Shown here in pieces: positions 34,774 through 44,591 of a stretch of DNA of 64,000 bases (positions are counted from its first letter, which is position 1; each line of letters begins with the position of its first letter). The notes below the pieces were generated by a model. The model saw only the letters and a program-made list of their open reading frames with translations. It ran no database searches and was not told the origin of the DNA. Where the stretch lies: contig DATBLE010000012.1 of assembly GCA_036555585.1 (NCBI GenBank), forward strand, positions 3,133-67,132. The letters are read 5' to 3'. The translations under genes were made by a program, and so were the position numbers. The stretch comes from Gaiellaceae bacterium. Lineage in GTDB: Bacteria > Actinomycetota > Thermoleophilia > Gaiellales > Gaiellaceae.

Positions 34774-36447
34774 ATGGCCGCAGGCGGCGGCCGGAGGCAG
34801 CCTTTGGTCAACATCCTCTCGACAGCCACGGAGCCGACCATGCAGATCATCCGCCCCCTCTTCCAGCCACAGACCTACCGCGACCTGCTCTTCGTCGCCG
34901 CCGGGATCCCGGTCGCCGCGCTCGCGCTCGGGCTCCTGATCGCCGGCTGGACGTCGATCGCCGTGCTCGCAATCACGCCTCTGGTCGTGCCCCTGCTGCT
35001 CGGCTACCGCGCCCTGGTCGGGCTGCTGGCCCGCGGCGACGCGAAGCTCGCGCGCTCCCTGCTCGGCGTCCGCCCCGACCCGCCCGCCTGGTCAGAGGGC
35101 AGCGGCTTCTGGGGCCGGGCGAAGGCCGTCGTCCTCGATCCGACCTTCTGGCGCCAGCAGGGCTACCTCCTGCTGCGGATGACGCTCGGGTTCGCACTCG
35201 CCGTGGGCGAGCTGACGCTGATCGCGGCCGCAGCCGGCGCACTCACCCTGCCGATCTGGTATCGCTGGTCGGCCCCGGAGTACGGGTCGTGGCACGCCGA
35301 CAGCCTCGGGCGTGCGCTGCTGCACGTTCCGGTCGGGATCGCCGGTCTGATCGTCGCAGCATGGCTCGCCCGGGCACTCGGCTCCTTCTCGGCCTGGCAG
35401 GTGCGGTCGCTGCTCAGGCCCCGCCCCGCGCCGGCCACGGCCGACCAGCAGCGCCGCTCCCGCCGGCGGGCGCTCTGGATCGACGGCTGCACCGCTCTCG
35501 GACTCGTCGTCGTGACCACGATCGTCTGGGCGGCGACGGGGGCTGGCTACTACTGGCCCGAGTGGGTGCTGCTCCCACTGGCCCTGCTGTTCGCGATCCA
35601 CGTGATCGTCGAGCTCGTCACGGCCAGGCTTCCGCGCCGCGACCAGGCGCTGGCGATCCACGGCGGCGTGGTCGCGGCGATCTTCCTCTTCCTCGTCGCG
35701 GTGTGGGCGGTGACCGCGCGGGGCTACTTCTGGCCCGGCTGGACGCTGCTCGGCCTCGGCAGCGCCGTCGTCGTCCACTGGCTGATCACCCGCAACCGGC
35801 GGCGCGACCGCCTCGCCCGCCGCGTCGAGACGCTGGAGACGACGCGCCTGGGCGCGGTCGAGGAGCAGGACGCCGAGCTGCGCAGGATCGAGCGCGACCT
35901 CCACGACGGCGCGCAGGCACGACTCGTCGCGCTCGGCATCAGCCTCGGGATGGCCGAGCAGAGGTTTGCGTCCGACCCGGAAGGCGCGCAGCGGCTCGTG
36001 GCCGAGGCCCGCGCCGGCGTGGCGGAGGCGCTGAAGGAGATGCGCGACCTCGCCCGCGGCATCTACCCGCCCGTCCTCGCCGACCGGGGGATCGGCGCCG
36101 CGCTGAAGACGCTCGCCGACCGCAGCCCCCTGACGACGACGGTGGCGGTCGACCTGGCCGAGCGACCGCCGGCGCCGGTCGAGACCGCCGCCTACTTCGT
36201 CGCCGCCGAGGCGATGGCCAACGCGGCCAAGCACTCCGGGGCCGGCCGCATCGAGATCTCGGTGGGGCGCCGCGACGGGCTGCTGGAGGTCGAGGTCACC
36301 GACGATGGGGGCGGCGGCGCCGATCCGGACGGGAGCGGGCTCGCCGGCTTGCGCCGCCGGGTCGAGGCCCTCGACGGCACCCTGACGGTGCGGAGCCCCG
36401 ACGGCGGGCCGACCACGATCCGAGCGGAGCTGCCGTGCGGATCGTGA
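34774..36447 (+). CDS. Membrane sensor histidine kinase (HisKA_3/NarL-partner type)
   Basis: 557 aa (alternative start ATG 34840). Multi-TM sensor region. H-box RIERDLHDGAQARLVAL. ATPase ANAAKHSGA and DDGGGGADP..GLAGLRRRVEALDG. Confidence 0.85.
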   Translation: MAAGGGRRQPLVNILSTATEPTMQIIRPLFQPQTYRDLLFVAAGIPVAALALGLLIAGWTSIAVLAITPLVVPLLLGYRALVGLLARGDAKLARSLLGVRPDPPAWSEGSGFWGRAKAVVLDPTFWRQQGYLLLRMTLGFALAVGELTLIAAAAGALTLPIWYRWSAPEYGSWHADSLGRALLHVPVGIAGLIVAAWLARALGSFSAWQVRSLLRPRPAPATADQQRRSRRRALWIDGCTALGLVVVTTIVWAATGAGYYWPEWVLLPLALLFAIHVIVELVTARLPRRDQALAIHGGVVAAIFLFLVAVWAVTARGYFWPGWTLLGLGSAVVVHWLITRNRRRDRLARRVETLETTRLGAVEEQDAELRRIERDLHDGAQARLVALGISLGMAEQRFASDPEGAQRLVAEARAGVAEALKEMRDLARGIYPPVLADRGIGAALKTLADRSPLTTTVAVDLAERPPAPVETAAYFVAAEAMANAAKHSGAGRIEISVGRRDGLLEVEVTDDGGGGADPDGSGLAGLRRRVEALDGTLTVRSPDGGPTTIRAELPCGS

Positions 36448-37103
36448 TCGCGGAGGATCTCGCGCTCCTCCGCGACGGGCTCGCCCGGCTGCTCCGCGAC
36501 AACGACCTCGAGGTCGTGGCCGAGGTCGCCGACGCCGACGCGCTCGTCCACGCCGTGCTCCGCGAGAGGCCCGACCTTGCGATCGTCGACATCCGCCTGC
36601 CGCCCACCTTCCGCGACGAGGGGCTCCGGGCCGCGCTGGAGCTGCGGAGCTCGGCGCCCGAGACGGCCATCCTCGTCCTCTCCCAGTACGTGGAGCACAC
36701 CTATGCCGCCGAGCTCCTTGCCGAGGCGGGCAGCACCGGCGGCATCGGCTACCTGCTCAAGGACCGGGTGCTCGACGCCGCCGACTTCGTCGACGCCGTC
36801 CGGCGGGTCGGCTCGGGCGGCACCGCCCTCGACCCGGAGGTGGTCGCCCAGCTCCTCGGAAACCGCGGCGGGCAGCGGCTCGACGTGCTCACGCCCCGGG
36901 AGCTGGAGGTGCTGACGCTGATGGCGGAGGGACGCTCGAACGCGGCGATCGCAGTGGCGCTCGTCCTGACGGTGGGAGCGGTCGAGAAGCACATCGCGAG
37001 CATCTTCCAGAAGCTCCGCCTGCCGCCCTCTGAGAGCGACCACCGCCGCGTGCTCGCCGTTCTGGCCTACCTGGGGACTGTCCCCTTCGGGGACACTCCC
37101 TAG
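36435..37103 (+). CDS. NarL/LuxR-family response regulator
   Basis: GTG 36435; overlaps the kinase gene by 13 nt. Receiver (IVIAEDLALLRDG..LAIVDIRLPP). LuxR HTH (LTPRELEVLTLMAEGRSNAAIAVALVLTVGAVEKHIASIFQKL). Confidence 0.9.
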   Translation: MRIVIAEDLALLRDGLARLLRDNDLEVVAEVADADALVHAVLRERPDLAIVDIRLPPTFRDEGLRAALELRSSAPETAILVLSQYVEHTYAAELLAEAGSTGGIGYLLKDRVLDAADFVDAVRRVGSGGTALDPEVVAQLLGNRGGQRLDVLTPRELEVLTLMAEGRSNAAIAVALVLTVGAVEKHIASIFQKLRLPPSESDHRRVLAVLAYLGTVPFGDTP

Positions 37104-37972
37104 CGCGCTGCGAACCCGTAGTCGAGCAGCTTCTCGACGTCGCCGTACATGTCGTCCGCGCCGAGGACGACGGCGATCAGGTGCACGTTGCCGCGGTGGG
37201 CCGAGGCGACCAGGCAGTGCTTGGCCAGTGTCGTCCAGCCGGTCTTCACCCCGTCCGCGCCGGGGTAGGAGCCGAGCAGGTGGTTGTGGTTCACGTAGAC
37301 CTTCACGTAGGTCGGCGCCGCCCACGGCACCCGCTTGACCCGGGTGCGCACCACCGCCCGGAAGCGCGGGTTCCACATCGCGTAGCGGGTCAGCGACGCC
37401 ATGTCCCACGCGCTCGAGTAGTTGTCGCGGTCGAGCAGGCCGCTGGGGCTGCGGAAGTGCGAGTCCTCGAGGCCGAGCGCCTTCGCCTTCTCGTTCATCA
37501 GCTCGACGAATTGCGAGCGGGTCCCGCCGGCGCCGATCGCCAGCGCCAGCGCAGTGTCGTTACCCGAGATCAGCAGGGCGCCGTAGAAGAGCTTCCACGC
37601 CTCGACCTGCTCGCCTGGACGCAGGCCTTCCTTGAAGGGCTGGACGCGGGTGACCGATCTGTCGACGGTGACGACGTCGTGGGGGCGCAGCCGCTCCATC
37701 GCGACGATCGCCGTCATGATCTTCGTCGTCGAGGCGATCCGGAGCCGCCGGTGGACGTCCTTGCCCCAGAGCACCGAGCCGTCGCTCTCGTCGATCAGGA
37801 TCGCCCCCTTCGCCGTGACCGCGATCCCGCGCGCGGACATGGCGCCCTCCTGGTGGACGAGCGGCTCGCGCTGAGCTGCGGCTGGAGACGCCAGCACGAC
37901 CGCGGCCGCGGCCGCGAGCAGGGGGAACCGGCGCACGCGCCCAGGGTAGTCCTCGAATCGGCGGATCGACAT
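37100..37972 (-). CDS. D-alanyl-D-alanine carboxypeptidase (S11, PBP5-like)
   Basis: Trimmed to ATG 37972. Signal peptide, SxxK (IASTTKIM), SGN (LISGNDTA), KTG (DGVKTGWT). Confidence 0.85.
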   Translation of the reverse strand: MSIRRFEDYPGRVRRFPLLAAAAAVVLASPAAAQREPLVHQEGAMSARGIAVTAKGAILIDESDGSVLWGKDVHRRLRIASTTKIMTAIVAMERLRPHDVVTVDRSVTRVQPFKEGLRPGEQVEAWKLFYGALLISGNDTALALAIGAGGTRSQFVELMNEKAKALGLEDSHFRSPSGLLDRDNYSSAWDMASLTRYAMWNPRFRAVVRTRVKRVPWAAPTYVKVYVNHNHLLGSYPGADGVKTGWTTLAKHCLVASAHRGNVHLIAVVLGADDMYGDVEKLLDYGFAAR

Positions 37973-38020
37973 GAGGAACCGGTGCCGGACCGAGGTCAGG
38001 CACCGGCCTAGACTTCGCTC

Positions 38021-39340
38021 GTGGAGCTGAGAGACCTTCCTTCGGTGGACGAGCTCGCGCGGCGGGTCGACGATCCGCTCGCCGTCGACGCCGCCAGGCG
38101 CGTGATCGAGCGCGCGCGGGAGGAGATCCGGGCCGGAGCGGACCCCGGCGACCTGGGCGAGCGCCTGCACGCCGAACTCGAGGAAGCCAGGCGTCCGCGG
38201 CTCCGCCGGGTGCTGAACGCGACCGGCGTGATCGTGCACACCAACCTCGGCCGCGCACCGCTTCCCGTGACCGCCGTCGAGCACGTCCGCGCGACTGCGG
38301 CGGGCTACTCGAACCTCGAGTACGAGCTCGGAGCGGGCACGCGCGGCTCGCGCCAGGACCACGTCGCCGAGATCCTGCGGCGGCTGACCGGGGCCGAGGG
38401 AGCGCTGGTGGTGAACAACAACGCCGCCGCCGTCCTGCTGGCGCTCGCGGCGCTGGCGGAAGGCAGGGAGGTGGTCGTCTCCCGCGGCGAGCTGCTCGAG
38501 ATCGGCGACGGCTTTCGGATCCCGGACGTACTCGCCCGGTCGGGCGCCCGGCTGGTCGAGGTCGGAACGACCAACCGCACGCGCGCGACCGACTACGAGC
38601 GCGCGATCGGCGGCGACACCGCCCTGCTCCTGCGCGTCCACCAGTCGAACTTCCGCGTGGTCGGCTTCGCCGAGCTGCCGACGACCGCGGAGCTGGCGTC
38701 CGTGGCGGCGCGCCACGGGCTTCCGCTCGTCGACGATCTGGGCTCGGGCGCGCTGGTGCCGCTCCAGGACGAGCCGCAGGTGCGCGAGGCGCTCGCCGCA
38801 GGCGCCGACCTGGTCTGCTTCTCGGGCGACAAGCTGCTCGGCGGCCCGCAGGCCGGCATCGTCGTGGGCCGCGCGGAGCTCGTCGAGCAGCTCAGCCGGC
38901 ATCCGCTCCAGCGGGCGCTCCGCGCCGACAAGCTGACCCTGGCCGCGCTCGAGGGGACGCTGGCGCTCTACCTCGACCCCGGGCGAGCGCCGCGCGAGGT
39001 GCCGGTGCTGCGGATGCTCGCCGAGCCGCCGGAGGCGGTCCGCGCCCGGGCCGAGCGCCTCGCGCGGCTGACCGGCGGAACGGTCGAGGAGACGGTCGCC
39101 CGCGTCGGCGGCGGCGCGCTGCCCCTCGCCGAGCTGCCGAGCTTCGCCTGCGCGGTCGACGAGGAGCTGGCCGCCCGGCTCCGGGAGGGCGAGCCGCCGG
39201 TCGTCGGCGTCGTCCGCGACGGACGGCTGCTGCTCGACTGCCGCACGCTGGCCGACGCCGAGCTCGACGAGGTCGCCGCCGCGGTCGCGTCGGCACGGAC
39301 CCGATCGACGGTCGGCGCCGAGCCACGCCCAGGCTCCTGA
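38021..39340 (+). CDS. selA: L-seryl-tRNA(Sec) selenium transferase
   Basis: 439 aa. LPSVDEL.., VLNATGVIVHTNLGRAPL, NNNAAAVLLAL, and PLP-lysine region FSGDKLLGGPQAGIVVG. Confidence 0.9.
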   Translation: MELRDLPSVDELARRVDDPLAVDAARRVIERAREEIRAGADPGDLGERLHAELEEARRPRLRRVLNATGVIVHTNLGRAPLPVTAVEHVRATAAGYSNLEYELGAGTRGSRQDHVAEILRRLTGAEGALVVNNNAAAVLLALAALAEGREVVVSRGELLEIGDGFRIPDVLARSGARLVEVGTTNRTRATDYERAIGGDTALLLRVHQSNFRVVGFAELPTTAELASVAARHGLPLVDDLGSGALVPLQDEPQVREALAAGADLVCFSGDKLLGGPQAGIVVGRAELVEQLSRHPLQRALRADKLTLAALEGTLALYLDPGRAPREVPVLRMLAEPPEAVRARAERLARLTGGTVEETVARVGGGALPLAELPSFACAVDEELAARLREGEPPVVGVVRDGRLLLDCRTLADAELDEVAAAVASARTRSTVGAEPRPGS

Positions 39341-39373
39341 ACGTTACGTGTCAAAGCGTGCTACTGTCGTTCG

Positions 39374-39631
39374 ATGAGTCGCGCGAGCAACCGGCTGAAC
39401 GTCACGCTCCCCGAGGAGGCCGCGGCGAAGCTGTCCCGCCTCGCCGAGCGCACCCGGGTCCGCGAGGGAACGCTTGCCAGCTCGCTCCTCGCCCAGGCGA
39501 TCGACGACCTCGATCCGGGTGCCGACAGCGTCGTCGAGATCCTCGACGGGATCCCCGGCGCTTGGAAACGGATCGAGATCGGCGTGGAGCAGGCGCGCAC
39601 CGGCAAGACGATCCCGTTCGGCGAGTCCTGA
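39374..39631 (+). CDS. Ribbon-helix-helix (CopG-like) antitoxin
   Basis: 85 aa. N-terminal RHH pattern RLNVTLPEEAAAKLSRLAERTRVREGTLASSLLAQAI. Ends 2 nt before the toxin ATG. Confidence 0.7.
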   Translation: MSRASNRLNVTLPEEAAAKLSRLAERTRVREGTLASSLLAQAIDDLDPGADSVVEILDGIPGAWKRIEIGVEQARTGKTIPFGES

Positions 39632-39633
39632 CG

Positions 39634-39927
39634 ATGGCAAGGCTGGAGTGGAGCCACGAGGCCCGCAACAGCCTTGACCGGATGATCCAGACCCACAGCC
39701 TCCCTGCCGACACACGTGCACGCGTCGAGCACTCGCTCCGCCATCTACGCCGCTTCCCGCTGATGGGTAGTCCGATCGGAGGCCGCGCAGGGGGAACGCG
39801 TTTCCTGCTCGGCCCCTGGCGGTGGATGATCGCCGTCTACGCGTACCTCGAAGACGAGGACCGGGTCGTAGTCGTTGCCGTCGAGGATGGGCGATCTTCG
39901 ACAGCATCCGGGCGACATCTCCGCTGA
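39634..39927 (+). CDS. ParE/RelE-superfamily toxin
   Basis: 97 aa from ATG 39634, inside the 189-aa track [63 protein letters not shown] fits the ParE/RelE layout. Visibly more A/T-ending codons than the neighbouring genes. Confidence 0.7.
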   Translation: MARLEWSHEARNSLDRMIQTHSLPADTRARVEHSLRHLRRFPLMGSPIGGRAGGTRFLLGPWRWMIAVYAYLEDEDRVVVVAVEDGRSSTASGRHLR

Positions 39928-39930
39928 CCC

Positions 39931-41580
39931 ATGCCGCTGACCGTCGGCACCGCGGGCCACATCGACCACGGCAAGACGTGGCTCGTCCGGGCGTTGACGG
40001 GGAAGGACACGGACCGGCTGCCCGAGGAGCAGGCGCGCGGGATCTCGATCGACCTCGGCTACGCGCCGCTCGAGCTGCCCGACGGCCGCCGGCTCTCGCT
40101 CGTCGACGTGCCCGGCCACGAGCGGTTCGTGCGGAACATGGTCGCCGGCGCCACCGGCATCGACCTCTTCCTGCTCGTGATCGACGCGGCCGAGGGGGCA
40201 CGGCCGCAGACCCACGAGCATCTGGCGATCCTGCGCCTGCTCGCGATCGACCGCGGCGTGGTCGCGGTGACGAAGGCGGACGCGGTCGACGAGGAGACGC
40301 TCGAGCTCGCCCTGGCGGAGGCGCGGGAGCTCGCGCCCGAGGCGGAGGCGATCGCGGTCAGCGCGAAGACGGGCGCGGGTCTCGACGAGCTCCGGGCCGC
40401 ACTCGCCCGGGCCGCCGACGGGGCGGGCCCTTCGCGCGACGAGGGCCCGGCCCGCCTCTACGTCGACCGCGTGTTCACGCTCCGCGGGATCGGCACGGTC
40501 GTCACCGGCACGCTCTGGTCGGGCACGATCGGCGAGGGCGACGAGCTGCGCGTCGAGCCGCGCGGCCTCGACCTCCGCGTGCGGAGCGTGCAGGTGCACG
40601 ACCGCGCGGTCGACCGGGCGGAGGCGGGACAGCGGGTCGCGGTCGCGCTCCCGGGCGTCGAGCGCGACCGGATCGCCCGGGGCGACGCGCTCGTCGCCCG
40701 CGGCGCCTATCCGGTCACGTACAGGCTGGACGTGGCGCTGGAGGAGCTCGAGGACGTCCCGGCGGCGGTGACCGTCCACCTCGGCACGGCCGACGTCCCG
40801 GCGCGGGTCGCACGGAGCGGTCGCTACGCGCAGCTGCGGCTCGCCCATCCGCTCGTCGCCGCGCGCGGCGACCGCGTCGTCCTGCGCACGCGCTCGACTG
40901 TCGGCGGCGGCGTCGTGCTCGACCCGCTGCCGCCGCGCCGGCTCGATGCCGAGCGCCTGGAGCGAATCGAGCGCGGCGAGGTCGGCGCGACCGTGTACGC
41001 GCCCGTGCGCGCCGCCACGCTCGGCCACCTCGGCGAGCTCGCGGGCGTCGAGCGGGCAGGCGACTGGGTCTTCTCGCCCGGCTGGCTGGCCGAGCTGCGC
41101 GAGGCGACGCTCGCGAAGCTGGCCGCGGCGGATCCGCGCGATCCGGGAGTCGACGCGCCGGCGGAGCCGTGGGCGTCGGCGATCGTGCCGCTGCTCGGGC
41201 TCGAGCGGCGAGGCTCGCGCCTGTACCTGCCGGGGACGAGCGCGCGCGTGGAGGGCGCCGACGAGCTGCTCGCCGAACTGGAGGCGTCCGGCCCCGTGCC
41301 GGTCAAGGTCGCGGACGCGCAGCTGGCCCGCGCGCTCGAGCAGGAGGGCAAGCTCGTCCGGCTGGGCGGCGACGAGGCGGTGAGCGCGACGGCGTACGAG
41401 CAGGCCCGGGCCGCGCTGGTCGCGGAGTGTGCCGCGGCCGGCAGGATCACGCTGGCGCGGTTCCGCGACCTGCTCGGTACGGGCCGCCGCCCGGCGCAGC
41501 TGCTGCTCGAGCGCTTCGACGCCGACGGCATCACCCGGCGGGTCGGCGACGAGCGGGTCCTGCGCCGAGCGGCCCGATGA
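39931..41580 (+). CDS. selB: Selenocysteine-specific translation elongation factor
   Basis: 549 aa. G-domain [20 protein letters not shown]; C-terminal winged-helix region. Starts 3 nt after the toxin stop. Confidence 0.9.
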   Translation: MPLTVGTAGHIDHGKTWLVRALTGKDTDRLPEEQARGISIDLGYAPLELPDGRRLSLVDVPGHERFVRNMVAGATGIDLFLLVIDAAEGARPQTHEHLAILRLLAIDRGVVAVTKADAVDEETLELALAEARELAPEAEAIAVSAKTGAGLDELRAALARAADGAGPSRDEGPARLYVDRVFTLRGIGTVVTGTLWSGTIGEGDELRVEPRGLDLRVRSVQVHDRAVDRAEAGQRVAVALPGVERDRIARGDALVARGAYPVTYRLDVALEELEDVPAAVTVHLGTADVPARVARSGRYAQLRLAHPLVAARGDRVVLRTRSTVGGGVVLDPLPPRRLDAERLERIERGEVGATVYAPVRAATLGHLGELAGVERAGDWVFSPGWLAELREATLAKLAAADPRDPGVDAPAEPWASAIVPLLGLERRGSRLYLPGTSARVEGADELLAELEASGPVPVKVADAQLARALEQEGKLVRLGGDEAVSATAYEQARAALVAECAAAGRITLARFRDLLGTGRRPAQLLLERFDADGITRRVGDERVLRRAAR

Positions 41581-41912
41581 CCTTCTGGATCGCGCTCGCG
41601 CTGGTGCTCCTGCACGTCGTCCACGGCGCCTGGGCGCTCGTCCTGCTCGTGGGCACGGGCGTGTTCGAGCTCTCGCAGACGGCCTTCTGGCTGCGCCGCA
41701 CCTCGCGGCACAGCGTCCAGGTGGGCGCCGAGACGCTCCTCGGGCGCGTCGTCGAGGTGGCGCAGGAATGCCGGCCGGACGGCTACGTCCGCGTGCAGGG
41801 GGAGCTCTGGCGGGCGCGGTGCGAGCAGGGGGCCCGGCCGGGCGAGCAGGTCCGGGTCACCGGCCGGGACGGGTTGCTGCTGACGGTGGCGCGTGAGCCT
41901 GGACCGGGCTGA
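41577..41912 (+). CDS. NfeD-like small membrane protein (OB-fold C-terminus)
   Basis: 111 aa; ATGA overlap with selB. Two TMs, then LLGRVVEVAQECRPDGYVRVQGELWRARCEQGARPGEQVRVTGRDGLLLTV. Confidence 0.7.
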   Translation: MTFWIALALVLLHVVHGAWALVLLVGTGVFELSQTAFWLRRTSRHSVQVGAETLLGRVVEVAQECRPDGYVRVQGELWRARCEQGARPGEQVRVTGRDGLLLTVAREPGPG

Positions 41913-42954
41913 GGCGCTGGCGCGGCGGATCGGCCCGCCCGACGGGCTGCTGCCGCACGTGACCGGCGAGGACGGGCGCTGGCAGCTGCTCTCGCCGCTC
42001 GACGCCGAGGATGCGGCCCTCACCGGACTGCCGTGGACCGGCGGCTTCGTCGCCGGCCAGCTCTGGCTCGCGGGCGAGCACGAGCGGGCCGCTGCCGTGA
42101 CCGAGCTGCTCAGGCCGCGGGCCGCGCAGCCGACCACGCACGACCTCGGGTTCCTGTTCTGGCCGAGCGCCCTGCTCGGCCTGCGGTCGACCGGCGACGA
42201 CTGCTACCGCGTGCTCGGTCTCCGCGCGGCGGCGTCCCTGGTCGCCCGGGCGCTCCCGAACGGCGTGATCCAGGTGATCGGCGAGCTCGACGACCCCGCG
42301 TACCGCGGCCGCACGATCGTCGACACCTGGCCAAACCTGCTCCTGCTCTGGTGGGCCGAGCGGGCGGGCCTGGCCGAGGCGGGCGAGGCCGCGCGGGCGC
42401 ATCTCGACGCGACGCTGCCCGCACTGCTGCGCGACGACGGCTCGACCTTCCATGCCGCGCGCCTGGCCGACGACGGCTCGGTGCCGGAGCAGGGGACGAT
42501 CAACGGCTTCGCCGCGAGCTCGACCTGGGCCCGCGGCCAGGCGTGGGCGATGCACGGGCTCGCCACCGCCCACCGGGCGACCGGGGACTACGGCGAGCAG
42601 GCCGAGCGAGCGGCCCGCTGGTTCCTCGACCACCTGCCGGACGGCCTGGTGCCGCCGTGGGACTTCGACGCACCGGCCGGCGGCCCGCTCGACGCCTCGG
42701 CAGGCGCGATCGCGGCATCGGCCCTGCTCGAGCTCGGCCGGGAGGAGGACGCCCATCGGCTCGTGGACGCGCTCGTCGCCGGCTGCCTGAACCCGGGCGA
42801 GTCCGACGGCGTGCTCCTGCACTGCTGCTACCGCCACCCCCTGGGCCACGGCCTCGACTGCGCGACCGTGTGGGGCGACTTCTTCCTGCTCGACGCCCTG
42901 ATGCGGATCGAGGCGCCGGAGAGGCGCCTCGATCCGTTGATTCCCGCTGACTAG
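41893..42954 (+). CDS. Glycoside hydrolase family 88-like (unsaturated glucuronyl hydrolase fold)
   Basis: 353 aa. WTGGFVAGQLWLA, HDLGFLFWPS, STWARGQAWAMHGLA and CATVWGDFFLLDAL resemble GH88 blocks (from memory). Confidence 0.6.
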   Translation: MSLDRAEALARRIGPPDGLLPHVTGEDGRWQLLSPLDAEDAALTGLPWTGGFVAGQLWLAGEHERAAAVTELLRPRAAQPTTHDLGFLFWPSALLGLRSTGDDCYRVLGLRAAASLVARALPNGVIQVIGELDDPAYRGRTIVDTWPNLLLLWWAERAGLAEAGEAARAHLDATLPALLRDDGSTFHAARLADDGSVPEQGTINGFAASSTWARGQAWAMHGLATAHRATGDYGEQAERAARWFLDHLPDGLVPPWDFDAPAGGPLDASAGAIAASALLELGREEDAHRLVDALVAGCLNPGESDGVLLHCCYRHPLGHGLDCATVWGDFFLLDALMRIEAPERRLDPLIPAD

Positions 42955-43421
42955 GCGGCCGGCGGCTCGGCCGGAGGTGGCGGCGCCGCAGGCGGCGCCT
43001 TCGAGACGTTGATCTCGTTCACCTCGTCACCCGCGTAGCGTAAGTAGCCGCCGACGGCGATCACGATCGCGAGGATCAGCCCGATCCAGGCCGGCCAGTG
43101 CCGGGCCTCGTTGTCGACGAGGAACTTGATCACCGTGAAGAGCAGCACGCCGGCCGCGAGGCCCGTGGTGAGCAGCGCCGCCCTGAACGGCAGCTCCAGC
43201 TTCACGGCGAAGATCTGCATCGCCTCCCACGCGACGAGCACGATCGTGAGGATGCCGACCAGCACCCCCCACCCGTGCCAGCCGGACCTGCCGCCGCAGC
43301 CGGATACGCCGCCGATGTTCACGCAGACCTGCTGCCAGTCGAAGAACAGGAAGATGAAGAGCAGCAGCCCACCCCAGGCGATCAGGTGCGACGAGCGGCT
43401 CATGCCTTTCAGATGATCCAT
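42951..43421 (-). CDS. Hypothetical integral membrane protein with Pro/Ala-rich C-terminus
   Basis: ATG 43421 after GGAGG; four predicted TMs; no family recognised. Confidence 0.55.
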   Translation of the reverse strand: MDHLKGMSRSSHLIAWGGLLLFIFLFFDWQQVCVNIGGVSGCGGRSGWHGWGVLVGILTIVLVAWEAMQIFAVKLELPFRAALLTTGLAAGVLLFTVIKFLVDNEARHWPAWIGLILAIVIAVGGYLRYAGDEVNEINVSKAPPAAPPPPAEPPAA

Positions 43422-43531
43422 CCGGAGCCTCCGAGGACGAGTGACGATGCGAACTTTCGAGGACAATCGCAAAGGTCCTGCCCGTCAGCAAGCCACGCGG
43501 ATCGGACGGAGCGCCGAGATTCTTCGCCCGA

Positions 43532-44533
43532 TCAGGCCTTCGCGGGCGCTTGCAGCTCGACCTCGGCCGGCTCGCCGCGGCGCAGCTCGCGCGTCCGCTC
43601 GGCCTCGGCGTTCACCTCTGCTCCGACCAGGAGCGCGAGCGCCGTCAGCCACAGCCAGGTGAGCATGATCACCACCGCCGCGAGCGCGCCCCAGGTCTTG
43701 TTGTACGACCCGAACCTGCTCGCGTAGAACGCGAAGAGCCCCGAGAGCGCGAGCCAGACGAGGATGCCGAAGCCGGCGCCGAAGGTGAGGAACCGCCAGC
43801 GCGGGTGCTCGACGTTCGGGCCGAGGAAGTACATGCCCGCGAAGGCGAAGAGCAGCCCGACGATCAGGATCGGCCACTGGGCTGTCCACCAGAGCCACGT
43901 GACGAGCGTCTCCTGCCCGACGGCGTTGCCTACCCAGCGCGTGATCTGCGGGCCGAGCACGAGCAGCCCGAAGATCAGAAGGACGCCGAGCGCGGCGAAC
44001 CCGATCATGGTCAGCGCCGTGAACCGCTTGCGGACGAACCCGCGCGTCTCGTCGCGGTCGTACGCGACGTTCAGGCCCCACATCAGCGTCTGCATCGCGC
44101 CCGTGAGCGTCCACAGCGCCAGCAGCGTCCCGACCACGAGCACGCTGATCCCCGTCCCCTTGTTGTTCGTGACGTTGGCCAGGCTCGTCCGCACCAGCTC
44201 CTGCGCCTGCTGGGGCAGGATGTTGTCGAGCCGGTCGACCAGCCTGCCGGCGTCGCTCGGGTCGCCCACGAGCGCGAAGATGCCGACGGCGACCATCAGC
44301 ACGGACGGGATCGCCAGGAACGCGTAGTAGGCGAGCGCGGCGGCGATGTTCGTCAGGTTGTCGGCGCTCACCTCCTTGACTGCACGCTGGAGGATCGCGA
44401 GGTAGTCCCGTTTCGAGAGCTTCGCCGGGGTCGGCTCGGCCAGCCTCGGCTCCTCGTGCTCGGGCTGCGGCTGCGGCCCGGCGTCGCCGGGCGGCGCCTG
44501 CTCGTCCTCTCGCTCCCGCGCTCGCAGCCTCAT
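43532..44533 (-). CDS. YihY/BrkB-family membrane protein
   Basis: 333 aa. NLTNIAAALAYYAFLAIPSVLMVAV..; multi-TM; acidic/Pro-rich N-terminus. Confidence 0.85.
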   Translation of the reverse strand: MRLRAREREDEQAPPGDAGPQPQPEHEEPRLAEPTPAKLSKRDYLAILQRAVKEVSADNLTNIAAALAYYAFLAIPSVLMVAVGIFALVGDPSDAGRLVDRLDNILPQQAQELVRTSLANVTNNKGTGISVLVVGTLLALWTLTGAMQTLMWGLNVAYDRDETRGFVRKRFTALTMIGFAALGVLLIFGLLVLGPQITRWVGNAVGQETLVTWLWWTAQWPILIVGLLFAFAGMYFLGPNVEHPRWRFLTFGAGFGILVWLALSGLFAFYASRFGSYNKTWGALAAVVIMLTWLWLTALALLVGAEVNAEAERTRELRRGEPAEVELQAPAKA

Positions 44534-44591
44534 CGTGTTGCCCGCTTCGCTTCCACGCTCTCACCAAGCCGAAACGCGTAGCGTCCCGCGG

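Noticed and set aside
37979-38006. CCGGTGCC-N12-GGCACCGG inverted repeat in the 48-nt gap between the divergent carboxypeptidase and selA genes.
   Set aside because: It has only 8-bp GC-rich arms. That is plausible by chance at this GC content, and no supporting context exists.
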